Made by a program: the position numbers and the translations under genes. From Thermodesulfobacteriota bacterium (GTDB taxonomy: Bacteria > Desulfobacterota > Desulfobacteria > Desulfobacterales > C00003060): a DNA stretch of 64,000 nt. The notes under the pieces were generated by a model. The model worked only from the letters and a program-made list of their open reading frames with translations, did no database searches and was not told the origin of the DNA. Where the stretch lies: assembly GCA_034189385.1 (NCBI GenBank), contig JAXHVD010000016.1:38735-102734 (forward strand), read 5' to 3'. Below are positions 9,192-19,372 of this stretch, piece by piece (within the stretch, counting starts at the first letter, position 1; each line of letters opens with the position of its first letter).

Positions 9192-9578
9192 CTACTTTTT
9201 CTCTTGCTGCATGAGGAGCCTAGCTATATGATCCTTCAGAACCGACATCTTGAAAGGCTTGGCCAGCACCAGGTCTGCCTTCTTTTCCGTGGCCGCCATT
9301 TCGGGCTCCTTGCCATAACCCGTGATGGCGATCACGGGGATATGTGGGGTTTTTTTCTTAATCGCCGTGATCATTCCCACTCCACTCACGTAGGGCATGA
9401 CAATGTCTGTGACCACTAGGTCATAACCTCCTGATTCTAGCATCTTTAACCCTTCCATACCATCGGAAGCTGCCAAGACCTCGTAGCCCAGGCGTCTCAG
9501 ATGCTTGGCGATTACTGAGAGGATATCAGAGTCGTCTTCTATTACTAAAATCGTCCTTTTTTGAGACGTCTTATTCAT
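9192..9578 (-). CDS. Single-domain response regulator
   Basis: ILVIEDD, VVTDIVMP, AITG, AKPF. Confidence 0.9.
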   Translation of the reverse strand: MNKTSQKRTILVIEDDSDILSVIAKHLRRLGYEVLAASDGMEGLKMLESGGYDLVVTDIVMPYVSGVGMITAIKKKTPHIPVIAITGYGKEPEMAATEKKADLVLAKPFKMSVLKDHIARLLMQQEKK

Positions 9579-9593
9579 TGTCAGATTCTTGTC

Positions 9594-11906
9594 TCAGGAT
9601 GTGCCTGAGGCCTGAATTTGTTTCAGGATACTGCGTGCCTCATCTGCGCCGTCGAAGTCCTGGGCTATATCAAGTGCCTTTTGTAGGAACTCTAGGGATC
9701 TTTCGGGCTCGTTGTTCTTATAAAAGGCAAGGCCTAAATGGTAGTTGATCACTGGATTGTCAGGCTCTAGTTCCAAGCTGTCCTGAAATTCCGCAATAGC
9801 GCTCAAGTAGCTTCCCTTTAAATAGTATATCCAACCCAGGGTGTCCATGGTGGAGCTGCTCTCAGGCATATTCTCCTTGGCGATTTGTGCCAATCCCAAG
9901 GCTTCATCAATGTTGCCTCCCCGTTGTGCCAGATTCCAGGCTAGGTTGTTGGCTGCAGGCGCAAAATCGTCTTTTAGCTCCAATGCCTTTCTGTAATAGG
10001 ATTCGGCCTTTTCGGCATTGCCCCGTTGATCATAGATAGTGCCCAGGGCCATGTAACCTGCCACGTAGTTCGGATTCTTATCCAAAACCTCCTCAAATTG
10101 AGAAATGGCCTCTGTCAACCTGTCCTCTTTCACGTAGATCTTGGCCAAGGCCACATAGGGAGCCAGAATGTTTTCTTGCGTCTCAATGGCCTTTTCAAAG
10201 TGTTGTTGGGCTTTAGTCAAATCCTCCTGGGACCAAAAAATCGTCCCTTCCAGGTATTCGATCCATGCCAAGTTAGAAGGAGACTCTGAGGCCTTTCCCT
10301 TGTATTCCTCACATAGTTGAAGAGCTTCGTCATATCTTTTGTCTTGCAGTTGCACACGCACCATGTGGGCGAGGGCATCGGTCCGGTGAGGATCCAACTC
10401 CAGCACCTTTTTCAAGGATTTCAGCGCCTCGTGGCGTCGATTTGTGACACTATAAAGAAACCCAAGACGCAGATGAGCAGATACAGAGTCGGGGTCAAGA
10501 TCAAGGGCCTTCTTGAAAAGGGCCTCCGCTTGCTTTGTGTCTTTTTCCAGGGTGTTCAGATTTCCTTTCAGAATCAGGGCCGGAACATGAGAGGGAGCCT
10601 GGCCGAGTACTGTCTCTATTTGCTGATCAGCCAGGTTCAATCTCCTGTTACGAAGATATATCTCTGCTAACACGAGCCTGGCATCTAACTGACGAGGGCC
10701 CATCTCTATGGCCTTCACCAGGTCGTGTTCAGCGAGCTTTCGTTTCCCTTTTGCCATGAGGCACAAGGCCTTGTAATAGTAGGCTCTGGCATTATCGGGG
10801 TTTTCTCTCACCACCAGGTCAAGTCGCTTAAGGGCATTGTCAACATCTTCTCTCGCCAGATAAAGCCTTCCCTTTAAGAAACTTGCTTCCACGTGCCCCT
10901 TGTCTTTTTCTAAGACTTGATCGACGAGTTCTTCAGCCGCGCCCGTCTTTTGGAAACGGAGATACAACTTTGCCATGGCCAAGAGGATCTCCGGATCCCC
11001 CTTCTTTATCTTCAAAGCCTTCTCCATGGTCTCTAGGGCTTTGTCAAAGGATTGCCTTCGGGCATAATGCCGAGCCAGCTCCATCAGGGGCGCAATGTCC
11101 TCCTGGGATGCGGCATTGACTGCCTCCAAGTACGTCTTCTCCGACTCCTCCCATCTTTTTTGGGTCTCGTAGAAGAATGCGAGTATAATGAGATCTTGTT
11201 CCTTGGAGGCAGAGGCATCCACCATCTTTTTCAGCTCTGACTCGGCGTTATCCCATTCCCCCTTCGTGCCGTAGATGCGAGAGAGCTCCACGCGAGGCTT
11301 GCGTGCAGATGGCTCCACGGACAGGGCCATTAAATAGGCCTTCTCCGCCCCTTCAATATCGCCGGTGAGGAGCAGCAGGCGGGCGAGCGATAGGTTCGCC
11401 TGAAAATGCTTGGGGTCCATGGAAGTGGCCTGCTGCAATGTCTTTATGGCAGCGTCCACATGGTTTTCCATGACCTCTACATCTGATAGCAGTAACAGGG
11501 CCTCTATGTTTTGGGGTGATTCTTGTAAGACAATCTCGGCCTTTTCCCTGGCATCGTCAGGCTGTTTCCCTAGCAGAAAGATTTGTCCCATCTTCAGCTG
11601 GGCCTTGAGGTCTTCTGGGTTGATGGATACAGCACGGGAAAATGATTTAAAGGCCTCTTGGCCTTGTTTCAACTTGAGATAGGTCTCGCCCAGCTCGTAG
11701 CAAGCAGCACTGTTTTCAGGGTGCAGCTGAAGCACGTTCTTGAATTCAATGACCGCCTTTTTGAGTTCATTCCTTTCAACATATTGTTTTGCTCTTTCAA
11801 GGTGTTTCGCTGCCCGCTCTTCCTTGCTGGCGCACCCGATGAGAACAAACAAAAAAAGGACTGGCACCATCCAGAGTTGTCTAGTCTTCCATGTATTCGT
11901 TCTCAT
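9594..11906 (-). CDS. TPR-repeat lipoprotein (PrsT-like, PEP-CTERM system)
   Basis: Lipobox LIGC, many TPRs, AANNLAW...DTLGWIYY tail; AGGAGAGG RBS before ATG 11906. Confidence 0.85.
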   Translation of the reverse strand: MRTNTWKTRQLWMVPVLFLFVLIGCASKEERAAKHLERAKQYVERNELKKAVIEFKNVLQLHPENSAACYELGETYLKLKQGQEAFKSFSRAVSINPEDLKAQLKMGQIFLLGKQPDDAREKAEIVLQESPQNIEALLLLSDVEVMENHVDAAIKTLQQATSMDPKHFQANLSLARLLLLTGDIEGAEKAYLMALSVEPSARKPRVELSRIYGTKGEWDNAESELKKMVDASASKEQDLIILAFFYETQKRWEESEKTYLEAVNAASQEDIAPLMELARHYARRQSFDKALETMEKALKIKKGDPEILLAMAKLYLRFQKTGAAEELVDQVLEKDKGHVEASFLKGRLYLAREDVDNALKRLDLVVRENPDNARAYYYKALCLMAKGKRKLAEHDLVKAIEMGPRQLDARLVLAEIYLRNRRLNLADQQIETVLGQAPSHVPALILKGNLNTLEKDTKQAEALFKKALDLDPDSVSAHLRLGFLYSVTNRRHEALKSLKKVLELDPHRTDALAHMVRVQLQDKRYDEALQLCEEYKGKASESPSNLAWIEYLEGTIFWSQEDLTKAQQHFEKAIETQENILAPYVALAKIYVKEDRLTEAISQFEEVLDKNPNYVAGYMALGTIYDQRGNAEKAESYYRKALELKDDFAPAANNLAWNLAQRGGNIDEALGLAQIAKENMPESSSTMDTLGWIYYLKGSYLSAIAEFQDSLELEPDNPVINYHLGLAFYKNNEPERSLEFLQKALDIAQDFDGADEARSILKQIQASGTS

Positions 11907-12154
11907 GTTGCCCCTCTCCTTTGGAATCATGGCCGAGACAAGTCTTGGGGCACAGTTGGGCAGACTGCGGATAGCTAGCCTGTCTTGACGCCGAACATCC
12001 AAGTGCTTTCCTCCCAAAATGCGCAATGTCCTTTGCGTAAGACCTTTTACCATTTCATCTAGTTGGCACATACAGGATAGAACCCGATGTAATCATTGTC
12101 AAACTGATTCTTTTTCTAATCATAGAAGAGGGTGGAGTGATCGCATCGGCCGTA

Positions 12155-12859
12155 TTAGCCCCTTTTGCCAAAAATGGCGGTGCCGATTCGTACCAGGGTT
12201 GCGCCTTCCTCGATAGCCGCCTCAAAATCTCCACTCATACCCATGGAAAGCTCTGTCATGTGCACATTGGGAAAGTGCTCGTTGCCGATCAGCCCCTGCA
12301 GTTTTCTGAGGGTCCTAAAATAGGGACGGACCTTTTCCGGTGCATTAAAGTAGGGGGGCATAGTCATGAGCCCGCAAATGGCAAGGTTTTCAAGATGGGC
12401 CATCTGGCTTACCAGATCCATGGCCATATGTGTCTCAATACCCGACTTAGTCCTTTCGGCTGAGATGTTCACTTGTACCAAAACCTTTTGGACCTTGCCA
12501 AGATTGGCCGAGCGCTTGTTCAGCTCCGTTGCCAGCCTAAGACTATCAACGGAGTGGATGAGGTCAAAGAGTCTCACTGCATACTTGGCCTTGTTGGTTT
12601 GAAGGTGACCTATAAAATGCCATGACACTTCTTCATCACCAAGGGCGCTGATCTTTGCTTCGGCTTCCTGGACATAGTTCTCTCCCAGGTCTGTTACCCC
12701 AGCCCGAATGGCAGCCAAGACACGATCGGCAGATACTGTCTTGCTTACAGCCACCAATCTCGCGGAATTGGGATCACGACCACACCTAACGGCTGCGCCC
12801 CTCATTTGATCTGTGACCCCTTTGAGCCTGCTTTCAATCTCTTCTGTCATTGTCCACAT
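12155..12859 (-). CDS. yggS: PLP homeostasis protein YggS
   Basis: [41 protein letters not shown]. Confidence 0.97.
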   Translation of the reverse strand: MWTMTEEIESRLKGVTDQMRGAAVRCGRDPNSARLVAVSKTVSADRVLAAIRAGVTDLGENYVQEAEAKISALGDEEVSWHFIGHLQTNKAKYAVRLFDLIHSVDSLRLATELNKRSANLGKVQKVLVQVNISAERTKSGIETHMAMDLVSQMAHLENLAICGLMTMPPYFNAPEKVRPYFRTLRKLQGLIGNEHFPNVHMTELSMGMSGDFEAAIEEGATLVRIGTAIFGKRG

Positions 12860-12980
12860 CTCAGTAACTTTCTGTTAATGCACCGGCCATGCCAGTGAGG
12901 ATCTAAAAGGTCTTGCCGCTTTCTGCGCATTTCAATCATTGGTCAATCATGAAGAATAGCCGGGGGAGAGCCGCACAGTA

Positions 12981-13574
12981 TCAGCGTTTTACCACACCCT
13001 TTTTCACCAGATAGTCTACCACTTCGCAGACGGGCAGTCCAACGACACTGGTGTAGGAACCTTCGAGACGCCTTATTAAGAAGGCCCCAAGACCCTGGGC
13101 CCCATAGCCGCCGGCTTTGTCAAAGGGTTCTGCCGTGTCAATGTACCAGTCGATCTCTCCCTCGGTCAGGGTCTTAAACAGGACCTTTGTTTCCACCGTG
13201 TCCGAAAAGGCCTGTTTTGCTGCATTGCAGCAGATACAATACCCTGTGAGCACCCTGTGTGTCTTGCCGCTGAGGGAACGAAGCATGTGCCGTGCCTCAT
13301 CGGCGGTCCGGGGCTTTCCCAATACATTGTTTCCAATCACCACCATGGTATCGGCTCCGATAACCCAGCTCCGCGGGTAGCGCAAAGAAACTTCGTGGGC
13401 CTTGGCTTCGGCAAGAAGTCTCACCCGGCTTTCTGGTAATGATGCCGTTACTTGGCTTTCGTCCACAGAGCTAGGCACCACGCCAAAGGCCAAACCAGCT
13501 TGATTAAGAAGCGCGCTGCGTCTGGGGGAGTTTGAAGCCAGAACGAGGGCGCCTGTCCGAAAAGAGGCATTCAT
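12981..13574 (-). CDS. maf: Maf-family nucleoside triphosphate pyrophosphatase
   Basis: LASNSPRR, IGADT, LGKP, DKAGGYG; start uncertain. Confidence 0.95.
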   Translation of the reverse strand: MNASFRTGALVLASNSPRRSALLNQAGLAFGVVPSSVDESQVTASLPESRVRLLAEAKAHEVSLRYPRSWVIGADTMVVIGNNVLGKPRTADEARHMLRSLSGKTHRVLTGYCICCNAAKQAFSDTVETKVLFKTLTEGEIDWYIDTAEPFDKAGGYGAQGLGAFLIRRLEGSYTSVVGLPVCEVVDYLVKKGVVKR

Positions 13575-13682
13575 GAGACATAGAGTTACCAGAAGGCAGG
13601 GCATTTGACAACGTTCCTTTCGTGCCATATAAATGCACGCGACCGTCTAGGCCTATCTTGATGTACCTTCGAGGAGCGGATA

Positions 13683-14708
13683 ATGACGAACATATTGATC
13701 GTGGACGACGAAGAAGCCATTCGGAACTTGCTCAGGAGAATCCTTGAAGGCAAAGGTTATTCCTGCGAATTAGCTGCCAGCGGAGCGGAGGGGCGAGAGT
13801 GCCTGAAGGAGCAAAATTGCGAATTGCTTCTTTGCGACATACGCATGCCAGGCGAATCAGGACTGGATTTCGTAAGGTACGCCCTCTCTGAATATCCAGA
13901 CACAGCAGCCGTTATGGTAACGGGCGTAGATGATCCATTGGTCGCAGGCGAGGCCCTGCTGATCGGCGTCTATGACTATCTGGTCAAACCGCTTCAGCCC
14001 AATGCGGTGATCATCACAGTAGCCAACGCATTGCGTCGCCGGGAGCTTGAACTGGCTGATCGTGCTCATAGAGAAGATCTCGAAAATCTAGTCGTGGAAA
14101 GGACTGCCACGCTCCAGAACACTACGGAAAAGTTACGCAAGGCACTGGACGGCACCGTCCATGCGCTGGCATTGACGGTGGAAATGAGGGATCCGTATAC
14201 AGCAGGACATCAAAGACGCGTGGCCGACCTGGCCTCTGCCATGGCAAGAAGAATTGGCCTGTCATCTGATCAGATAGAAGGCATCCGTATGGCAGGGATT
14301 GTTCACGATTTGGGAAAGATATCGGTACCCACAGCCATCCTGAACAAACCCGGTCGGTTGACCAAGAATGAATTCAACCTGATCAAAGATCACTCACAGA
14401 TCGGATACGACATTCTCAAAGACATCGAGTTTCCCTGGCCTATTGCCCAGATGGTTCTTCAACACCATGAAAGGATGGACGGCTCCGGATATCCACAGGG
14501 TCTGTCTGGTGAAGAGATCCTCCTAGAAGCAAGGATGCTTGCCGTAGCCGACGTTGTAGAGGCCATGGCCTCACACCGGCCATACCGACCTGCCCTGGGC
14601 ATAGATAAGGCGTTAGACGAGATCTCGCGGAACAAGGGGATTTTTTACGATCCTGAAGTCGTAGACACTTGCTTGGCACTCTTTACTGAGGAAGGGTTTA
14701 AGCTTTAG
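13683..14708 (+). CDS. Response regulator with HD-GYP c-di-GMP phosphodiesterase domain
   Basis: Intact REC domain, RDPYTAGH, HDLGK, HHERMDGSGYP, RPYR. Confidence 0.93.
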   Translation: MTNILIVDDEEAIRNLLRRILEGKGYSCELAASGAEGRECLKEQNCELLLCDIRMPGESGLDFVRYALSEYPDTAAVMVTGVDDPLVAGEALLIGVYDYLVKPLQPNAVIITVANALRRRELELADRAHREDLENLVVERTATLQNTTEKLRKALDGTVHALALTVEMRDPYTAGHQRRVADLASAMARRIGLSSDQIEGIRMAGIVHDLGKISVPTAILNKPGRLTKNEFNLIKDHSQIGYDILKDIEFPWPIAQMVLQHHERMDGSGYPQGLSGEEILLEARMLAVADVVEAMASHRPYRPALGIDKALDEISRNKGIFYDPEVVDTCLALFTEEGFKL

Positions 14709-14762
14709 AATTCCAAGAAAAGGCGTCTTCTTTATTCAGGATGGAGCGCCAGCATCTCCATG

Positions 14763-16199
14763 CTAAGTCATGAGTTCAGAGAGCAAGTCTTCAGCCGCTC
14801 GCTCTCCCGCACGAACACAGTCTGGGATCCCGACCCCTTCAAATCCGTTACCTGCCAGCTCCAAGCCTTTATGCCTCATAAGCCTTTGGCGCATCGTGGC
14901 CACCCTTTCGAGGTGTCCTACATCATATTGTGCCATGGAATCTGGCCAGCGACTCACGATGGCAAATTGGGGAGGCGTTGTGATGCCCAACAAGGCATCC
15001 AGGTCCCGTCGGGCGGTTTGGGTGATCTCTTCATCACTGCGTTGGACGATTTCCGGTTGCAACGCACCACCCATGAAGGCACGAAGCAACACATAACCCA
15101 CCGGTGCCCGGCCTGCGTATTTGACACTGCTGAAGGATGCCGCAATGATGTTTTGCCTTTCAGTAATGGGGACGACACAACCAAAGGCATTCAGCGGATG
15201 GGCGATGTGTGATCGTTTGTACGCAAGATGGACCACAGCGGAAGAGGCATAGCCCACGGCCGACAACTGCCGGGACAGGTCGGCGTCCACGGCTGTCAGC
15301 AGCCTTGCGGCGTGTTTGGAGGGGCCGGCAATGATGACACCATCTGCTTCAACGGAAAGACCGTCTTCCATCTTAACTTTCCACAAGGGCACAGCGTTAT
15401 CAGTTGGGCTTTTCTCCAACTGAGCGGCCCTCTCACCCAAGCGGAAACGAACGTGGCCCAGGCGCTCTTCCAAGGCTCGAATCAAGGTATGCAAACCATC
15501 TTTGAACGTTACAAACATGGAGTAACGGGCGCCACTTCCAGAAGTCTTTCTCTTTTTCCCCTCAGCCCGCATCCCCAGTATGACACTGCGGTACTTGGTC
15601 TCAAGATCAAGGAACCGAGGCATGGTCGCTCTGAGGCTTAGTCTGTGAGGTTTGGCAGTGTAGATGCCGCTGATCAGGGGTTGCACGAGACGGTCGAGGG
15701 CTTCCTGTCCAAATCGCCGGATGACAAAGGAGGCCAGCGACTCGTCGCCATTTTGTTTTCTGGGAGGGACGAAGAGCTCCATACCCATTCGGACTTTGCC
15801 AGGCAGCGAAAAGAGGGGGGTTGTGACCATGGGAAGGAACTTGGTTGGGGCCATGAGGAGAAACCCTTCAGGGATAGGCATCATTTTCCCGTTGCGAACG
15901 ACCATGGCGCTGCGGTGGGCCTCATTGGTCGATATGAGCTCAGATGCTATCCCCAATCGTCGTGCTAAGGCTATGGCCCATGGTTTGGCCGTGACAAAGT
16001 TGTCCGGTCCTGAATCGATGAGGAAGCCGTCCTGCTTGATGGTGTGAATAACGCCGCCCAACTGATCTCGTGCCTCGATCAAGGTCACATGCAGCAGGCC
16101 ATTTTCATCTTTGCTCAGTTCGGAGAGGCGATGGGCAGCAGACAACCCTGTGATGCCTCCTCCAATGATAACGATCTTTTTTCCCTCTGTTCTATTCAC
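14763..16199 (-). CDS. hemY: HemY-type FAD-dependent copro/protoporphyrinogen oxidase
   Basis: GGGITGL FAD motif, DSGPDNF, GVGIPDCV; GTG start overlaps the hemH stop. Confidence 0.93.
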   Translation of the reverse strand: MNRTEGKKIVIIGGGITGLSAAHRLSELSKDENGLLHVTLIEARDQLGGVIHTIKQDGFLIDSGPDNFVTAKPWAIALARRLGIASELISTNEAHRSAMVVRNGKMMPIPEGFLLMAPTKFLPMVTTPLFSLPGKVRMGMELFVPPRKQNGDESLASFVIRRFGQEALDRLVQPLISGIYTAKPHRLSLRATMPRFLDLETKYRSVILGMRAEGKKRKTSGSGARYSMFVTFKDGLHTLIRALEERLGHVRFRLGERAAQLEKSPTDNAVPLWKVKMEDGLSVEADGVIIAGPSKHAARLLTAVDADLSRQLSAVGYASSAVVHLAYKRSHIAHPLNAFGCVVPITERQNIIAASFSSVKYAGRAPVGYVLLRAFMGGALQPEIVQRSDEEITQTARRDLDALLGITTPPQFAIVSRWPDSMAQYDVGHLERVATMRQRLMRHKGLELAGNGFEGVGIPDCVRAGERAAEDLLSELMT

Positions 16200-17139
16200 C
16201 TTTTTGACAATCCTTAACTGCCTCCAAAACCAAACGTGCAAGGGCCTTGATGAACAAGTGATGGTCGCCAACGGTCTTGGCCCGATGGAACGTCACGCCA
16301 GCCTTTTTGGCCGTGTCCATGGCTTCAATATCCAAATCGTAGAGAACTTCGATGTTATCACATACAAATCCGATCGGTACGGCAATGACATGCTTCACCT
16401 CGTGAGCTCCCAGGTCTCTCAAAACGGTATTGACATCCGGCTCAAGCCAGGGGTCATGAGGGCGTCCGCTGCGGCTTTGGTAAACTGCCTGCCAATGGGG
16501 GTGCCCTAATATGCTCGCAACAGAGGCCGCTGAATCATGTACCTGTTTTTCATAGACTTCAACCTGGGGATCACTGAACGGAAGGCTGTGGGCGGTGAAA
16601 AGAATATGGGCAGATGGTCGATGGCGCAGGGGAATCTCTTCAAGGCATTGCCTGACTCGAATTGAGACGGCCTCAAGGAATTCAGGTTGGTCAAAAAGAG
16701 GCTCTGTATAAACAACACGGAGGCCGCCTCCCGCGTGGTCTATGGCACGGGCCACATCCTCCTTGTACTGATCCCAACTCGATCTGCTTTGGTAAACAGA
16801 CATGATCACGGCTACCGCTCCCTTTACCCCGGCCCGTTTCATCTGCCCAATAGTGTCCTTCAAAAAAGGGTGCCAGTTACGCATACCCACGCAGACTGGT
16901 AAGGGCGTGCCTTCATTCCTGAGCGTCGTTTCCAAAGCCTCTGCCTGCTTGCAAGTCACCTCTTTGACCGGGGATTTCCCCTCAAAAAGCTCATAATGCC
17001 GGGCCACTGCCTCCAGCCGTTCCGGCGGTACCCGGCCCTTGGTGACTTGGGCCAGAAAGGGACGGATATCCTCTGGCTTGTCTGGTCCTCCAAAGGCGAT
17101 GACTAAGGCAGTGTCGAGTCTGTTTTTGTCTTCATCCAT
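16192..17139 (-). CDS. hemH: Ferrochelatase
   Basis: FGGP, GMRNWHPF, FTAHSLP, YQSRSG, WLEPD, GFVCDNIEVLYDLD. Confidence 0.95.
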   Translation of the reverse strand: MDEDKNRLDTALVIAFGGPDKPEDIRPFLAQVTKGRVPPERLEAVARHYELFEGKSPVKEVTCKQAEALETTLRNEGTPLPVCVGMRNWHPFLKDTIGQMKRAGVKGAVAVIMSVYQSRSSWDQYKEDVARAIDHAGGGLRVVYTEPLFDQPEFLEAVSIRVRQCLEEIPLRHRPSAHILFTAHSLPFSDPQVEVYEKQVHDSAASVASILGHPHWQAVYQSRSGRPHDPWLEPDVNTVLRDLGAHEVKHVIAVPIGFVCDNIEVLYDLDIEAMDTAKKAGVTFHRAKTVGDHHLFIKALARLVLEAVKDCQKGE

Positions 17140-17212
17140 AGTGAATCTCTAGCCTGAAGTACGGAGGAAATGAGCGATTAAAGGCACAGGCTTACACTTG
17201 AGATTTTAGCCA

Positions 17213-19162
17213 TCATCTTACAGAGAGTTCGTGGACTGCATCGACCAATTCAGCCACATTTTCGGGAGGCATGTCTGGCAAGATCCCATGGCCGAGATTG
17301 AAGATGTGCCCTGGCCGGGCTGCCGCCTTGTCCAATATAGCTTGAACGTGGGCCCATATTTCCTTCGGTGACGCATAAAGGACGATGGGGTCCATGTTGC
17401 CCATGACGGCCACATCATCGCCGAGGACAGACCAGGCTTGGGCAAGATCACAACGCCAATCAAGGCCGATTACATGGCCACCTGCCTCTTTCATCAGGGG
17501 TAAGAGAGCTGGATTGCCCGTGCTGAAATGAATAACCGGCACGGACCTGTCAAGCCCTTGTATGAGGCGTTTTACGTGAGGCATGACGAACTGGCAATAG
17601 TCATCAGGCGACAGGGAACCGACCCAACTGTCAAAGAGCTGGAGGGCGTTAGCCCCGGCGGCAATTTGTCCGTTTAGGTACGCAATCAGCACCTCCACCA
17701 GGCGTTCCATAAGTCTGTGCCATGTGGCCTTCTCCCGGTACATCATCGTCTTGGTTTTGACGTAGTGGCTAGATTTGCCTCCTTCAATCATGTAAGAGGC
17801 AATCGTAAAAGGGGCACCGGCAAAGCCGATTAATGCCACATCAGGCGGTAGGGCGCGACGGGTGATCTTTAGGGCATCAAAGACATAGGCCAATTCATCG
17901 ATGCTGGGTTCCCTCAGTCGCTCCACGTCTTGTCCAGTCCGTATTGGATTGTGGATGACAGGGCCTTCGCCTTTAAGGAATTCCAGGGCAAGTCCCATGG
18001 GCTCAGCAACGAGAAGAATGTCGGCAAAGATGATTGCCGCGTCCACGCCAAGGCGCTCCACGGCCATCAATGTGACCTCTGCTGCCAGTTCCGGCGTCTT
18101 GCAGAGCTCCAACATGGTCACCCTTTTCCGAATTCTTAGGTATTCACGCTGGTACCGCCCAGCCTGTCTCATGATCCATATGGGCGTGTATGGTGTTGGC
18201 TCCCGTCTGCATGCCTTCATGAATACGGAATCATCAATGCTAGGCTGTCCGTGGACACGGGGCTCCCACACCATATCAATGCGCCGCCACTTGTTCGTAT
18301 CCACCTTGTTCGCAAAGGCTGTCCGCTTTTTGTGGAGTAAGTCCCCCCCGCGGCGGGCCATCTCTCTCACAAGGTGGGGCATTCTGGGAGCATCGGGTTC
18401 GTAGTCCACGGCCAATCCTTTTTCGGCAATGGCTCTACTCGCAGTGGGTCCGACGGATCCGATGCAGACTTTAGCGAAGGCCGCCCGGAGCTTGTCTTCA
18501 AGCCCGTCTATCTTCGCTACCTTGAAAAGGTGCCGCACTTGGGTGGCGCTGGTAAACAACGCCACATCGGCCTGTCCCTCGCCGTTGCCAAGGATGAGGC
18601 GAATAGCCCTGCGAATGGGCTCTAAGTCTTCAGGGAGCTCCCACCTATAGACGGGAACAGCCAATATTTGGGCGCCGCGCTCCTCCAATGCCTTGATCAA
18701 ATCAGGATCAGACTGCCCATATTCCTGGACGGCCACGCGTTTGTTCTCCAAAGGGTATTTCTCGTCGAATATGGTGAGCAGGTCCGTCACTGTATGCGGT
18801 TTTGCAACAGGCATGGTGGGGGCTAGCCCCATCTCTCGGAGCGCCGCCACGGCCTTAGGTCCAAGGGCAAAAGTGTCTACCCTCTTGAGGGCGTCAATGA
18901 ACTCCTGAACGTCGTACTTGGTCGACACAGTTTGAACGAGCAGTCGGGTGCCAACCCCTGTCAACAGAATCAACGCGTCGATCCAGCCGGCCAGCAGAAG
19001 TTTGGCAAAGGTCAGGGCTTCACTATTGTGCTCAAGAGGCACTTCACGCATGCTTGGAGCTATGAGTGGCTCCCCCCCAGCCTCCCGGATGAGCTCTTCC
19101 ATCTCATCGGAATGCCGACTTTCAAAGGAAACCACTCTGAGGCCTTTAAAATCTACTGGCAT
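17213..19162 (-). CDS. hemE: Fused uroporphyrinogen-III synthase (HemD) and uroporphyrinogen decarboxylase (HemE)
   Basis: N-terminal HemD (FESR, VPVYRW, FTSATQV, VGP); C-terminal HemE (PIWIMRQAGRY, IFADIL, GFAGAPFT, FNLGHGI). Confidence 0.92.
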   Translation of the reverse strand: MPVDFKGLRVVSFESRHSDEMEELIREAGGEPLIAPSMREVPLEHNSEALTFAKLLLAGWIDALILLTGVGTRLLVQTVSTKYDVQEFIDALKRVDTFALGPKAVAALREMGLAPTMPVAKPHTVTDLLTIFDEKYPLENKRVAVQEYGQSDPDLIKALEERGAQILAVPVYRWELPEDLEPIRRAIRLILGNGEGQADVALFTSATQVRHLFKVAKIDGLEDKLRAAFAKVCIGSVGPTASRAIAEKGLAVDYEPDAPRMPHLVREMARRGGDLLHKKRTAFANKVDTNKWRRIDMVWEPRVHGQPSIDDSVFMKACRREPTPYTPIWIMRQAGRYQREYLRIRKRVTMLELCKTPELAAEVTLMAVERLGVDAAIIFADILLVAEPMGLALEFLKGEGPVIHNPIRTGQDVERLREPSIDELAYVFDALKITRRALPPDVALIGFAGAPFTIASYMIEGGKSSHYVKTKTMMYREKATWHRLMERLVEVLIAYLNGQIAAGANALQLFDSWVGSLSPDDYCQFVMPHVKRLIQGLDRSVPVIHFSTGNPALLPLMKEAGGHVIGLDWRCDLAQAWSVLGDDVAVMGNMDPIVLYASPKEIWAHVQAILDKAAARPGHIFNLGHGILPDMPPENVAELVDAVHELSVR

Positions 19163-19288
19163 GACACTCCTTTCAGTCAGATCCTGTTGTTAGTGGGGGG
19201 ACCCTAGAAGCATGACCTTCCAGGCATGACAAAGACACACCCTTCATCCATGCCGAGGCGCTGCCAGGCGTCCCATACACGGTGTAAC

Positions 19289-19309
19289 TATTGAAAAGAA
19301 TTCCCATTT
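19289..19309. promoter_or_regulatory. Putative Fur-family box upstream of the hem operon
   Basis: TATTGAAAAGAATTCCCATTT, imperfect 7-1-7 inverted repeat resembling TGAAAATnATTTTCA. Confidence 0.45.
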
Positions 19310-19372
19310 GCATAAATAGACTATAGGAAAAAGGGGGCAATCTGTCAAGAGGCAAGGAAAGGTATCGTGCTG

